From the IMG/VR virus record IMGVR_UViG_3300045988_155187: a DNA stretch of 45,193 nt; one strand, written 5' to 3'. Under the pieces are notes generated by a model. The model was not told the DNA's origin. It saw only the letters and a program-made list of their open reading frames with translations, and ran no database searches. Position 1 is the stretch's first letter. Each line of letters begins with the position of its first letter. Source of the DNA: a virus. Positions 1-8,065 of the stretch are shown in pieces. Made by a program: the position numbers and the translations under genes.

Positions 1-55
1 ACATTTTGCAATCTTCACTTAGATAGTATTTCATTAATTCTTCTTTTCTAGAAAA
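1..55. repeat. Terminal 55-bp copy identical to 45139..45193 (circular-assembly overlap)
   Basis: acattttgcaatcttcacttagatagtatttcattaattcttcttttctagaaaa occurs at both ends of the window. Confidence 0.95.
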
Positions 56-160
56 ATTTCTTAAATACCAATAGGACTGTAAAACAAAAGCCGGTTTAGA
101 ATTATTGATAACTTCAGGACTTGAAAATAAGTAACCAGAACCTGCTAAGAAAATTTTCAT
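1..160 (-). CDS. dpdA: 5' part of the DpdA-like (TGT-family) transglycosylase gene; continues at 45193 across the circular junction
   Basis: ATG at 160..158 reads MKIFLAGSGYLFSSPEVINNSKPAFVLQSYWYLRNFSRKEEL, in frame through the 55-bp overlap into MKYYLSEDCKMFLLDSGAFTF of ORF 44519..45172. The ATG overlaps the TGA of the upstream ParB-like gene (ATGA). Confidence 0.6.
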   Translation of the reverse strand, partial: MKIFLAGSGYLFSSPEVINNSKPAFVLQSYWYLRNFSRKEELMKYYLSEDCKM

Positions 161-669
161 GCTATATCAACATTTTCATATCCAAGCGACATTAATTTGT
201 CCTTGCACTCATTTGCTTCATCTTCTGTGGTAAATGTTAATTTTACAATGAATTTTTTTGTTTTAGTATCCTGGGTTAAATATTCCATTTGTTTTTCAAG
301 CTCATCATCTAATATATCCACATTAAGGAAACCAAAATCACTCATATTAATACATGCAATATTATCAAGTTCTATATCCAATAACTCAAAATCCCATGTA
401 GCGAATTCACTAACTTTATTATCAGCCAGCCTAAACGCTTTTATCTGTTCCTCGGTTAAATCATCGGCCACAATGCAGGGAACTTCGTTAAGTTTTAATT
501 TTTTAGCTGCTTTTAGTCGTGTATGACCAGCAACAACCACATTATTTTTGTCTATAATGATTGGAACTTTAAATCCAAACTGCTTTATCGATTCTGTTAC
601 CGGACCAACTGCATCTTCATTATTTCTAGGATTGTTTTTATACGCTTTAATTTCGCTTGTTTTAAACAT
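157..669 (-). CDS. ParB-like N-terminal (nuclease/NTPase) domain protein, 170 aa
   Basis: ORF track. The stretch NPRNN..VGPVTESIKQFGFKVPIIID..NVVVAGHTRLKAAKKL..VPCIV..LTEEQIKAFRLADN is typical of the ParB/Srx fold. Its stop overlaps the start of the dpdA-like gene. Confidence 0.8.
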   Translation of the reverse strand: MFKTSEIKAYKNNPRNNEDAVGPVTESIKQFGFKVPIIIDKNNVVVAGHTRLKAAKKLKLNEVPCIVADDLTEEQIKAFRLADNKVSEFATWDFELLDIELDNIACINMSDFGFLNVDILDDELEKQMEYLTQDTKTKKFIVKLTFTTEDEANECKDKLMSLGYENVDIA

Positions 670-770
670 TTTAATACTAATACTAATAAATATACCCCCT
701 CGGTTAAATCACGCTTAAACACTCAATTTTAAATGTTTGCAAATAGTTAATATAATTTGATTTTCAATCT

Positions 771-1145
771 TTATTTTTTATCATAATATTCTAGAATTTT
801 CTTTCCTTGAACATTCATGATTTTATCAATCTTTTCCCAGTTTCTAGCAAAGTAATCGACCATTTCTTCGTTCGTTGCCCAACCAGAACAAAATCCTAAA
901 CCTGTCTCAAATAAAAAAGCATGAATAAGCTCATGTCTTAGAATATGTTCTTTGCCTTGATAAGCATCTTTAGCAATTACTATTTTTCTTTCACCTTGTC
1001 TGGTCGATGTATAACCATCGCAGTCATTTAACTCTGGATCATCCTTTTTGTTGCAAAAAACAATATCCCACTTCTCATCTAAAATTGTAATTGAATGAAT
1101 ATCATCAACATGATATTCCGTTCTTGGTGATTCGTTGTAACACAT
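771..1145 (-). CDS. Small HExxH zinc-metallopeptidase-like protein
   Basis: ORF track. HELIHAF motif. RBS AAGGAGGA lies upstream of the ATG at 1145. Confidence 0.55.
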   Translation of the reverse strand: MCYNESPRTEYHVDDIHSITILDEKWDIVFCNKKDDPELNDCDGYTSTRQGERKIVIAKDAYQGKEHILRHELIHAFLFETGLGFCSGWATNEEMVDYFARNWEKIDKIMNVQGKKILEYYDKK

Positions 1146-1176
1146 TTATAAATTCCTCCTTATTTAAAGAAACAAA

Positions 1177-1200
1177 CAAAAAAGCGCTATTGAAGCGCTA
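1177..1200 (-). terminator. Rho-independent terminator just downstream of the tRNA
   Basis: Minus strand reads AGCGCT-TCAAT-AGCGCT followed by TTTTTTG. Confidence 0.6.
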
Positions 1201-1212
1201 TAATCATTGATT

Positions 1213-1303
1213 TGGCGTCGATAGTAAGATTCGAACTTACGCATGGATCCCTCCATCTAACTGTTTAGCAAACAGCCCTCTTAAGCCACTTGAGTATATC
1301 GAC
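1213..1303 (-). tRNA. tRNA-Ser (anticodon GCU), class II with long variable arm, CCA encoded
   Basis: Hand-folded from GTCGATA-TA-CTC-AAGTGGCTTAA-GAG-G-GCTGT-TTGCTAA-ACAGT-TAGATGGAGGGATCCATGC-GTAAG-TTCGAAT-CTTAC-TATCGAC-G-CCA. Perfect 7-bp acceptor stem, TTCGAAT T-loop, GG in the D-loop, 91 nt. Confidence 0.9.
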
Positions 1304-1311
1304 ATTGGGAA

Positions 1312-1441
1312 AGGTGGTTTATAGGATTGTTTCATTTAAACCACGATATCATAATAACACCTTGTAGTACTAGAATTCTACCTTAAAAGTACATTAGTTT
1401 TACATTTAAACCACCTTAAAAGTACTGTGAAAGTACCTTAA
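1312..1441. repeat. Repeat-rich non-coding region between the putative late regulator gene and the tRNA
   Basis: CATTTAAACCAC at 1333-1344 and 1403-1414. ACCTTAAAAGTAC at 1380-1392 and 1413-1425. TACCTTAA again at 1434-1441. Inverted pair GTGGTTTA (1313-1320) / TAAACCAC (1337-1344). Confidence 0.5.
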
Positions 1442-1443
1442 TT

Positions 1444-1965
1444 TTACTTTTCTTTTTTTCTTTTATTATTTTCTTTTCTAACATAATTATTAAACTGCTT
1501 ATTAAGATCATCTAAATTTGGAATGTTTTCTAAATCTAAATACTTCGATAATTCTAAGCATATTTTAGGTATTTCGATGATATATGAAGACTCACTAATA
1601 TAACGTTCATGTAAACGTTCAATCATATCTCCATAGCCTTTTGAATTGATATATATATTAACAATTGTTCTTTGACCGCTTTTGAGCAAATAAAGAACCG
1701 GAGTGAATCTATCCAGTTCCTCGTTAAACAGCTCCAGGCGCTTATTTATTAATTCTCTGCGCATCATCATGCTGGTTATTTGTTCATCTTTTGGTTTTGA
1801 GTACCCTCCCGGCATTTCCTTGCTGAATTTAACCGACTGCGGAGTCGGAATGTCCTCGCACTCAATTTCCAGTGAAAATTTTTCTTGATTAAGTGTTCTT
1901 ATTGCTTTTAGATATGTTTTCACTTTTTCTATAGTTTCTTTTTCTTCAATGCTGTACTTAGCCAT
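1444..1965 (-). CDS. Putative late-gene transcriptional activator (ArpU/RinA/DUF1492-like); assignment tentative
   Basis: ORF track. Size and position (end of the early region, upstream of the packaging genes) fit this class, as does a C-terminal region loosely resembling sigma region 4 (..IERLHERYISESSY..). No strong motif. Confidence 0.4.
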   Translation of the reverse strand: MAKYSIEEKETIEKVKTYLKAIRTLNQEKFSLEIECEDIPTPQSVKFSKEMPGGYSKPKDEQITSMMMRRELINKRLELFNEELDRFTPVLYLLKSGQRTIVNIYINSKGYGDMIERLHERYISESSYIIEIPKICLELSKYLDLENIPNLDDLNKQFNNYVRKENNKRKKEK

Positions 1966-2039
1966 TCCTTATCCTCCCCAAATCGTTTTTTATTATTAAT
2001 TTTTATTAACGTATTCATCAAAATTCATATGATTTTTTA

Positions 2040-2459
2040 TCAGTTTTCTATTTCTAGATTAGCGCATTGCACTGGAAAGAAACGGTTTTCTTCGAAATTT
2101 ATTAAAGAAGTGCTTCCGTCTCTATTTTCAACTATAAATACATAGTGCTTTAAAGCTTCAATCCCTATATCCACAGAAACAATTTTAAATAACCATTTTA
2201 CTTTAATATCATAAACCCACATATTAGGCTTTAACTCTTCAAATTTGTAAGGCTCAGGAACAATGAGTTTCTTAATTTCTTCATCAATAATTTCTTTCAT
2301 TTTATCTTCATCAATAACGATATTAGCTAAAACTTTAACATTACCGTTTTTGTCAAAATGTTCTTCGATTAATTGGTTTAATATTTTCCAATCCTTTGTA
2401 ATAACTCCTGCATCTACTGCATTTTCTAATGCTATTTCACATTCTTCTTTATTAAGCAT
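2040..2459 (-). CDS. Hypothetical early protein
   Basis: ORF track. Co-oriented and tightly packed with its neighbours. Confidence 0.55.
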   Translation of the reverse strand: MLNKEECEIALENAVDAGVITKDWKILNQLIEEHFDKNGNVKVLANIVIDEDKMKEIIDEEIKKLIVPEPYKFEELKPNMWVYDIKVKWLFKIVSVDIGIEALKHYVFIVENRDGSTSLINFEENRFFPVQCANLEIEN

Positions 2460-2709
2460 TTTCTTTCAACCACTCTTTCCATTCCTTAAAGTTCATGCCT
2501 ACTTGTCCAACGCCTTTTACATAAGATAAATCTTCTAATCGCTCACACGCTTTATCTAGCGCTTTTTCCAAATCCATACAATAAGTAATAACTCTAACTA
2601 ACTCTGCTACATTTTCATCTCTAAAAGGATTGACATGACAAGACAATTCTTGCAACGCTGTACTAGCTTTCTTTTTATCGAACTTCCAATCTTGTTCATT
2701 TTCCATCAA
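2452..2709 (-). CDS. Hypothetical early protein
   Basis: ORF track. Overlaps the downstream gene by 8 nt. Confidence 0.55.
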   Translation of the reverse strand: MMENEQDWKFDKKKASTALQELSCHVNPFRDENVAELVRVITYCMDLEKALDKACERLEDLSYVKGVGQVGMNFKEWKEWLKENA

Positions 2710-2711
2710 AT

Positions 2712-2924
2712 CTACCCCAGTTCTTTCAATTGCGCTGTTATTGCATTATGTATTTCTAAATTAATATAACAATCTCCAAAGACACCGTATTCTTTATCGT
2801 GTTTATAAAACGAAATCATGCAATCAATATCTCTGTTCGTCCATTTTATTATTTCACCATCGTTGTATATTGTTATATAAAACCCTAATTCCTCAAACAT
2901 TTCTTTAGCGGTCATTTTCATCAC
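2712..2924 (-). CDS. Hypothetical early protein
   Basis: ORF track. 2-nt gap to the next gene. Confidence 0.5.
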   Translation of the reverse strand: MMKMTAKEMFEELGFYITIYNDGEIIKWTNRDIDCMISFYKHDKEYGVFGDCYINLEIHNAITAQLKELG

Positions 2925-3264
2925 TCCAATCTATCCTTTGCCCGCAATGAGAACAACACTTAAATCTTTTATTATATTCAAAATCGTATATAGCACTTTC
3001 ACCACAATTAGGACATACGCACAGCAGTTCATTTATACGACCACATTCATCATAAATGTTTTTTGTATCTTCATCTTCCCATATCTTATTTAAAATTGGA
3101 CGTTTAGGCGTTGCTTTATCAACTAATTCTTGTAGATTATCAACTCTACTTTTTGCAGAAGAGTTGCAAATATTTTGTATATCACATTCATTACAAGCAA
3201 CTCTTTTATTACAACTATTTTTTACAATATAATTTAACGCTTCCTGATATTTTGAATTACTCAT
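2905..3264 (-). CDS. Hypothetical Cys-rich (zinc-ribbon-like) protein
   Basis: ORF track. Cys clusters CNECDIQNIC and CPNCG..(17)..CCSHCG. Confidence 0.55.
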   Translation of the reverse strand: MSNSKYQEALNYIVKNSCNKRVACNECDIQNICNSSAKSRVDNLQELVDKATPKRPILNKIWEDEDTKNIYDECGRINELLCVCPNCGESAIYDFEYNKRFKCCSHCGQRIDWSDENDR

Positions 3265-3306
3265 ACTTCCACCTCATCGCCATCTCTAAACACAAACCCT
3301 TCCATA

Positions 3307-3780
3307 TTATTCCCCTTTCACTTCTTGGTTCCAACACCCCATGCAATCCAATTCGATAGGGCACGGAGCTTCTTCTAGCCCTACAGGACAAAAACCATCA
3401 TACATTTCTTGGTGTTCCATAAATTCCTTGTAAGAACAATTGTGTTCTTTGAGATATTCGCTTAAATAAGTTTTCTTTTCTTCTTGAGTTTCAACGTTGT
3501 CAATCTCTTCATAGCTTTGTTCAAAAATATCGGGCTTGCATGGATAAAATTCACCTTTAACACCTTTAATGATGTAATCACCATAATCAACTCTCATTGT
3601 TCCTTCTAGCGTTTCGATTGCAATACCAACTAGCATTTCCTTTAACGTCCTCTTTATATCAAAAAATTCCACCCATTCTTCGATTAAATTACTACCAACA
3701 AAATTACGTATTTCTTCTAAATTACTTCCCGTCCACCGAACTGCTTCTACAACTACGGGTTTCTTTCTATATTTTGCCAT
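3307..3780 (-). CDS. Hypothetical phage protein with a Cys-rich C-terminus
   Basis: Start moved to MAKYRKKPVVVEAVRW, an N-terminus common in small phage proteins. C-terminal CPVG..CPIELDCMGC. Confidence 0.55.
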   Translation of the reverse strand: MAKYRKKPVVVEAVRWTGSNLEEIRNFVGSNLIEEWVEFFDIKRTLKEMLVGIAIETLEGTMRVDYGDYIIKGVKGEFYPCKPDIFEQSYEEIDNVETQEEKKTYLSEYLKEHNCSYKEFMEHQEMYDGFCPVGLEEAPCPIELDCMGCWNQEVKGE

Positions 3781-4168
3781 TGTCACCAATCTCCTCATTA
3801 TCTTCTTTAATTCTTTTGTCTATTATATCTTTTATCTTTTCTTTGGTAAAATTGCACAATGAACAACAACCGCTCAAACTCCAATTTTTATATTCACCAA
3901 TACCTTTGCCACAATAACTAAAACCATGTTGTTTAAATCCATATTTACCATTTTCCAATATTTCAAAATTTTCATATGGCAATTGTATATAATAATCATA
4001 TTTTTTAGAGGATTTATAATACTCTAACGACTTCACAACATTCTCTTCTTGAGAATGAAAATATGTTACAACTTCGTGTTGTGCTTTAAGATACGCTTTA
4101 ACAAATTCACTATCTTTTAACTCATATAATGTATCAGCGTATTTTAACAATTCTTGTCTTGTTACCAT
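3767..4168 (-). CDS. Hypothetical protein with a C-terminal Cys cluster
   Basis: ORF track. CGKG..(13)..CCSLC. Confidence 0.5.
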   Translation of the reverse strand: MVTRQELLKYADTLYELKDSEFVKAYLKAQHEVVTYFHSQEENVVKSLEYYKSSKKYDYYIQLPYENFEILENGKYGFKQHGFSYCGKGIGEYKNWSLSGCCSLCNFTKEKIKDIIDKRIKEDNEEIGDNGKI

Positions 4169-4171
4169 TTT

Positions 4172-4639
4172 CTAATCCTCTATTCCAAAATAATATTTTT
4201 TAATATCTTCTTTTCCAAAACGTGATATTAATTCTTCTAATACTTCTCTACTTTCGAAATATAAAATCGCTTGCCTACGTGTACTCCAACCACTAATCTT
4301 CAAACTATTTTCGTCATAGTCGTAATAAAGGCAATATTTATTTTGATTGTTATCTTTCCAATTTGGTTCAAAGTTTTTAGATTTCTCTTTAAATGCTACT
4401 TGAATTTCTAAATAACGTTCACATTCTTTTTCGGTTTTGAAAATTCTTAAAAAATCTTTGCGATAATTGCTAGTTGTGCTATCATCCCAATAAGCATAAA
4501 CAACATACCCATTTGTACCAACAAACCAATAGACTTGTCCGTATCTAGGAAACTCATCATCCTCAATTTCCGCTTTTTTTAATTCCTTCAATTCTTTTTC
4601 TAGCTTTGCTATTCTTTCTTCATATTCTTTTCTATTCAT
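4172..4639 (-). CDS. Hypothetical protein (N-terminal coiled coil)
   Basis: ORF track. Confidence 0.5.
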   Translation of the reverse strand: MNRKEYEERIAKLEKELKELKKAEIEDDEFPRYGQVYWFVGTNGYVVYAYWDDSTTSNYRKDFLRIFKTEKECERYLEIQVAFKEKSKNFEPNWKDNNQNKYCLYYDYDENSLKISGWSTRRQAILYFESREVLEELISRFGKEDIKKYYFGIED

Positions 4640-5081
4640 CTTGCATTACCTCACAATTGCTTAATATTTCATCGATGTTGTACGGTTCTTCGTCTTGCCA
4701 TCTTACAAAATTAAACATTTTTGTAAATATAAGTATATTGCTATTTCTGTATTTCCAAGTAATTTCTCCTTTCCAAGGTTTAATACTGTATAAAAATAAT
4801 CCCCCATTTTTATCCCTTGCAATAAAGTTATATCCTACTGCCTTAGCAAACTTTAAATATTCATATTCAAATTGAGTGAGTTTAATCGGTTCTTTATATT
4901 CTTCTAATAAGCTCATAAGTGACAACCTTAAACATTCTGAGCATGTTACCACTCCACAAATGTTGTTGTTGCTATTGGAATTTGTTGTAATTCGATGCAA
5001 CTGACAAGAGAGAACCTTATCAACATTAACATTTGTATCAAAATTTCTAATCTCGTCTTTAATCTTTTCTATCTTTAACAT
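4632..5081 (-). CDS. Hypothetical protein (CxxxxCxxC)
   Basis: ORF track. Start chosen at ATG 5081, 9 nt downstream of GGAGG (5095-5091). The track start at 5117 is a TTG. Confidence 0.5.
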   Translation of the reverse strand: MLKIEKIKDEIRNFDTNVNVDKVLSCQLHRITTNSNSNNNICGVVTCSECLRLSLMSLLEEYKEPIKLTQFEYEYLKFAKAVGYNFIARDKNGGLFLYSIKPWKGEITWKYRNSNILIFTKMFNFVRWQDEEPYNIDEILSNCEVMQDE

Positions 5082-5193
5082 TCTCTTCATCCTCCAATTC
5101 CCTATATCTTTCTTCAAGAGAATTCAATATAATAAAACAACCTAAAATAAATAAAAATGCTACTGTAAGTATGGTTAGTAATATGTTTAACAT
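5059..5193 (-). CDS. 44-aa single-TM peptide (MLNILLTILTVAFLFILGCFIILNSLEERYRELEDEENVKDRKD)
   Basis: Hand-translated; below the track size cutoff. ATG lies 2 nt after the stop of the preceding mini-ORF. GGAGAGG upstream. Confidence 0.4.
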   Translation of the reverse strand: MLNILLTILTVAFLFILGCFIILNSLEERYRELEDEENVKDRKD

Positions 5194-5195
5194 TT

Positions 5196-5294
5196 CTATT
5201 TACCTCTCCAAATTTCTACAAAAAATCTAATGGTAACAGCCAGGGCTAGAAGCCCCAGTGTTACACTTACCAATCCGATTAATATTTTAACCAT
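5196..5294 (-). CDS. 32-aa hydrophobic peptide (MVKILIGLVSVTLGLLALAVTIRFFVEIWRGK)
   Basis: Hand-translated. ATG lies 3 nt after the stop of 5298..5519. AAAGGAA upstream. Confidence 0.4.
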   Translation of the reverse strand: MVKILIGLVSVTLGLLALAVTIRFFVEIWRGK

Positions 5295-5297
5295 TTG

Positions 5298-5519
5298 TTA
5301 CATTCCTTTATCAAAATAACAGTCTCCGCATACTGCATAACCAAAACCGATATGATCATGAATTTTGTGTGATGTATACGCATCTCCGTAAGTTATTTTT
5401 TTACCGCAGCACGCACACGATACAATTACATCCATATCATTTTCATATTTACTTGATCCTTCTGGTAATTCATAAGGATCATAAGTACCTTTTGTTTCGT
5501 TCCATATTCTTGCTTGCAT
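5298..5519 (-). CDS. Small zinc-ribbon-like protein
   Basis: ORF track. CACCG..(23)..CGDC. Confidence 0.55.
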   Translation of the reverse strand: MQARIWNETKGTYDPYELPEGSSKYENDMDVIVSCACCGKKITYGDAYTSHKIHDHIGFGYAVCGDCYFDKGM

Positions 5520-5520
5520 T

Positions 5521-5736
5521 TTAATACCTCAGTTTAGTGTGTTTATTAAGCACAATACTTTTATTTTTTTTACGACATTTAACATTCTTTTGTGCTTGAC
5601 TATATTTGTATGTTTGTTCTTCTTTTTCTTTGATTATTTTATTTGGATCTATCTCTGGCCAGAAACATTCTCGGCACCCTGATTTGCGATTTTTCCATAA
5701 ATAAAATCTCTTGTATTTTCTTAATAAAGTCCACAT
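5521..5736 (-). CDS. Small basic hypothetical protein
   Basis: ORF track. Lys/Arg-rich. 1-nt gaps on both sides. Confidence 0.45.
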   Translation of the reverse strand: MWTLLRKYKRFYLWKNRKSGCRECFWPEIDPNKIIKEKEEQTYKYSQAQKNVKCRKKNKSIVLNKHTKLRY

Positions 5737-5737
5737 T

Positions 5738-7153
5738 TTAATATTCTCCTGGTGTTGTTACATACACACCTGTAAACTTAAATTTATTTGCCCATTTATT
5801 GATAAATTCAACAACTTCATTTGTTGGTTTACAATTATTATTTCCTCTAAGCTGTTTAATACCGTTATCTGTTAGTTCTAACGTATAAAATGGTTCATTA
5901 ACGTTTTCTCGCTTTCTCACGAGAAAAATATTTGTTAAACCATTTGCATACTTATCAGCATATGTTTTAACACAGTGATTTAATTTTGCACTTTCTCTAA
6001 TTAAATCTTCTGATGAATTAGCTGGTGTAATAACATACTTATCATCAGCAAAACGTAATTTATTAAGACCGCTATTCACTCTTTTTAAAATCGCTTCATC
6101 TTTTTTCTTTGATTTTACCGTTTCAATCTTCACCATCAAATCATCATGAGCTTTTTTTATGTCATCAGGATATTTGTTAGCATGGTTCATTGGTAAAGCT
6201 AACTTCTCACAAAATCTATAATAATCTTTAATCGTGTATAACGATATGTGTGCATTCTTTTTAAAATAATCAAATGAATACTTGCTTATGTTTATGTTTG
6301 CATATTTATTTTTAGCTATTTCAATCAAGCGTAAAAACTGATTATAATCTTCTCTTTCAAGAATATTAAACTTATATATGTATTTTTTATTTGTTTTAAA
6401 CTCGTCAATAGGAATACGAAGTTTTTTTAGCACTGGAATATCCTTTTTTTCAATTCCAATTATATCAATGCCTTTTTTAGACCATCTGAATTTTCTTAAA
6501 TCTATTTTAAGTAAATAATCAAGACCTAGTTTTGAAATCATTTCAACTGCTGGGTGTTTTTCGTACATAGCTAAATATTCAAATAGTTCACCTAGTTTAA
6601 ATGAGTTATATTCAAAACCGCTGTATTTGTACTTTGAATTTTTTAGCATTTCGAACACTTCATATTCAGAATTTAAAATATGATAATCTTCTCTTGCTAC
6701 TGTTCCGTATCCATAGTAAGACATGTTATAAACTGCTAAATTATATGATTTAATAGAATGTTTGTACCATTTATCATGATTTTCGCAATACCATGAGTAA
6801 CGATTTTCATTATATATCCAGCATTTATAACCATTCATTCCACTATAAATTCTACGTACTAACTGCTTATCACATCCCGCTAATTGTCGCTTAACCTCAA
6901 ATATCCGTATTTCTTTTTGTTTTTTATACCACATTTGAGTAATATAGAAAGTTCTGCAAATTATTCTATTACGCCAAGGTTCATAAACAGCAGCATAAAA
7001 ACTATTTACTTGAGTATCCATCTTAGGACGTTTCCAGGATGGATCATCATCACTGATCATCCATCTTTTAAATTTAGAAACGCTATATTGTTTTAACTTT
7101 AATGCAGCAAGCTTATCTAAAAGTTTTTCACTATTCGACGTTTTCTTCGTCAT
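5738..7153 (-). CDS. PcfJ-like protein
   Basis: Start moved to MTKKTSNSEK (ATG 7153) so that only 23 nt overlap the upstream gene. C-terminal LNHCVKTYADKYANGLTNIFLVRK..EPFYTLEL resembles the PcfJ-like domain as I remember it. Confidence 0.6.
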   Translation of the reverse strand: MTKKTSNSEKLLDKLAALKLKQYSVSKFKRWMISDDDPSWKRPKMDTQVNSFYAAVYEPWRNRIICRTFYITQMWYKKQKEIRIFEVKRQLAGCDKQLVRRIYSGMNGYKCWIYNENRYSWYCENHDKWYKHSIKSYNLAVYNMSYYGYGTVAREDYHILNSEYEVFEMLKNSKYKYSGFEYNSFKLGELFEYLAMYEKHPAVEMISKLGLDYLLKIDLRKFRWSKKGIDIIGIEKKDIPVLKKLRIPIDEFKTNKKYIYKFNILEREDYNQFLRLIEIAKNKYANINISKYSFDYFKKNAHISLYTIKDYYRFCEKLALPMNHANKYPDDIKKAHDDLMVKIETVKSKKKDEAILKRVNSGLNKLRFADDKYVITPANSSEDLIRESAKLNHCVKTYADKYANGLTNIFLVRKRENVNEPFYTLELTDNGIKQLRGNNNCKPTNEVVEFINKWANKFKFTGVYVTTPGEY

Positions 7154-7571
7154 AGTAATGCACCGCCCATCCAAACACCACTTGATCTTCAACCATAGCA
7201 CAACCTTTAACAGCTTGCTTTCTTGCCTGATTTTCAATATATTTAAACATATCAGTGATTGTTTTATTTGGGTTGCGCATTTTTTCACCCATGCCGGGAA
7301 TTGTCATTAAATGCTGATAAATGACATCTATTTTTGTTTTTAAATTATCTGGAACAGTTGCAATCTGTTCCTCAAGTGATTTGGTCTCAGGTTCTTTTTT
7401 TACTCTTTCATTCTTTGTTTCAGGCTTAGAATTTTTTTTAGTTTTCTTCTTTACTTCTTTTTTTGGTTCGTTTACTGCAGCTTCATTTTCAACAACCTCA
7501 GCTTCTTTAATTTCTTCTTTTTGTGGTTCTTCAACCTTAGTTTCTTCTTTTAATAAATCAAACAATCCCAT
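7131..7571 (-). CDS. PcfK-like protein (family that includes Cas9 inhibitor AcrIIA9)
   Basis: ORF track. Lys/Glu-rich N-terminal half. C-terminal ..MRNPNKTITDMFKYIENQARKQAVKGCAMVEDQVVFGWAVHYYDEENVE matches the remembered PcfK-like consensus (..AVHYYDED..). Confidence 0.6.
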   Translation of the reverse strand: MGLFDLLKEETKVEEPQKEEIKEAEVVENEAAVNEPKKEVKKKTKKNSKPETKNERVKKEPETKSLEEQIATVPDNLKTKIDVIYQHLMTIPGMGEKMRNPNKTITDMFKYIENQARKQAVKGCAMVEDQVVFGWAVHYYDEENVE

Positions 7572-7585
7572 AAATCTTTCCTCCT

Positions 7586-8065
7586 TTAAATCGACTGCAT
7601 AGTCAATCCTATTTCTTCAATTACAACAATGACTTTATCCTCTTCACCAAAACGTTTCATAGCCACCTGATCTACGACTTGCACATCATCCTTAAAAGCA
7701 ACCTTGTTAAGTGCATCTAATATACATTTTTGTATATTATCAACGTCAGGTTTCTTTGTTGGAAGAAATTCATTATTTAATAATTTAGCTTTTTTTTTCT
7801 TACTTAAACTTTTGGCTGGCTTAACATAAATAAACGTCATAACCTTTACAGCTTTATCACTTATGTAATTCCTATATTTACTTCTATAGCAGTGTTTTAT
7901 AAATTTTTCATAGTCTGATGTTTTCTTTGGTGTATAGGCTTTTGCAAAACCACCTTGCATAGTAAACTTAGGTCTACCCTTGCCAACTGCTTCACCTGGA
8001 ACAACAAACCTTAATTTTTTTAGATCATCACTTAGTACATCAAGCGAGCATTGGATCGAAGTCAT
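7586..8065 (-). CDS. rusA: RusA-family Holliday junction resolvase
   Basis: ORF track. GKGRPKF..., KKPDVDNIQKCILDALNKVAFKDDVQV. Confidence 0.85.
   Translation of the reverse strand: MTSIQCSLDVLSDDLKKLRFVVPGEAVGKGRPKFTMQGGFAKAYTPKKTSDYEKFIKHCYRSKYRNYISDKAVKVMTFIYVKPAKSLSKKKKAKLLNNEFLPTKKPDVDNIQKCILDALNKVAFKDDVQVVDQVAMKRFGEEDKVIVVIEEIGLTMQSI

Noticed and set aside
1-55. Terminal 55-bp repeat as a biological direct terminal repeat or cos end
   Set aside because: It is an exact copy of a typical assembler k-mer length and lies in the middle of an ORF that reads through it. The terminase and portal types suggest headful packaging. An assembly overlap of a circular or circularly permuted genome is the simpler explanation.
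197-732. Plus-strand ORFs 197-526 and 523-732 opposite the ParB-like gene
   Set aside because: They are antisense to a motif-supported ParB-like CDS. Their Ser/Phe-rich composition is typical of antisense frames in AT-rich DNA.
1213-1303. tRNA-Ser as the integration target or attP-embedded tRNA fragment
   Set aside because: It is a complete, well-folding tRNA with its own terminator, about 18 kb from the integrase gene. Serine integrases do not typically carry a tRNA 3' fragment in attP. A functional phage-encoded tRNA is more likely.
7154-7288. N-terminal 45-codon extension of the PcfJ-like ORF (track start 7288)
   Set aside because: It would overlap most of the C-terminal third of the PcfK-like gene in another frame. 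The internal ATG at 7153 gives a normal 23-nt overlap.
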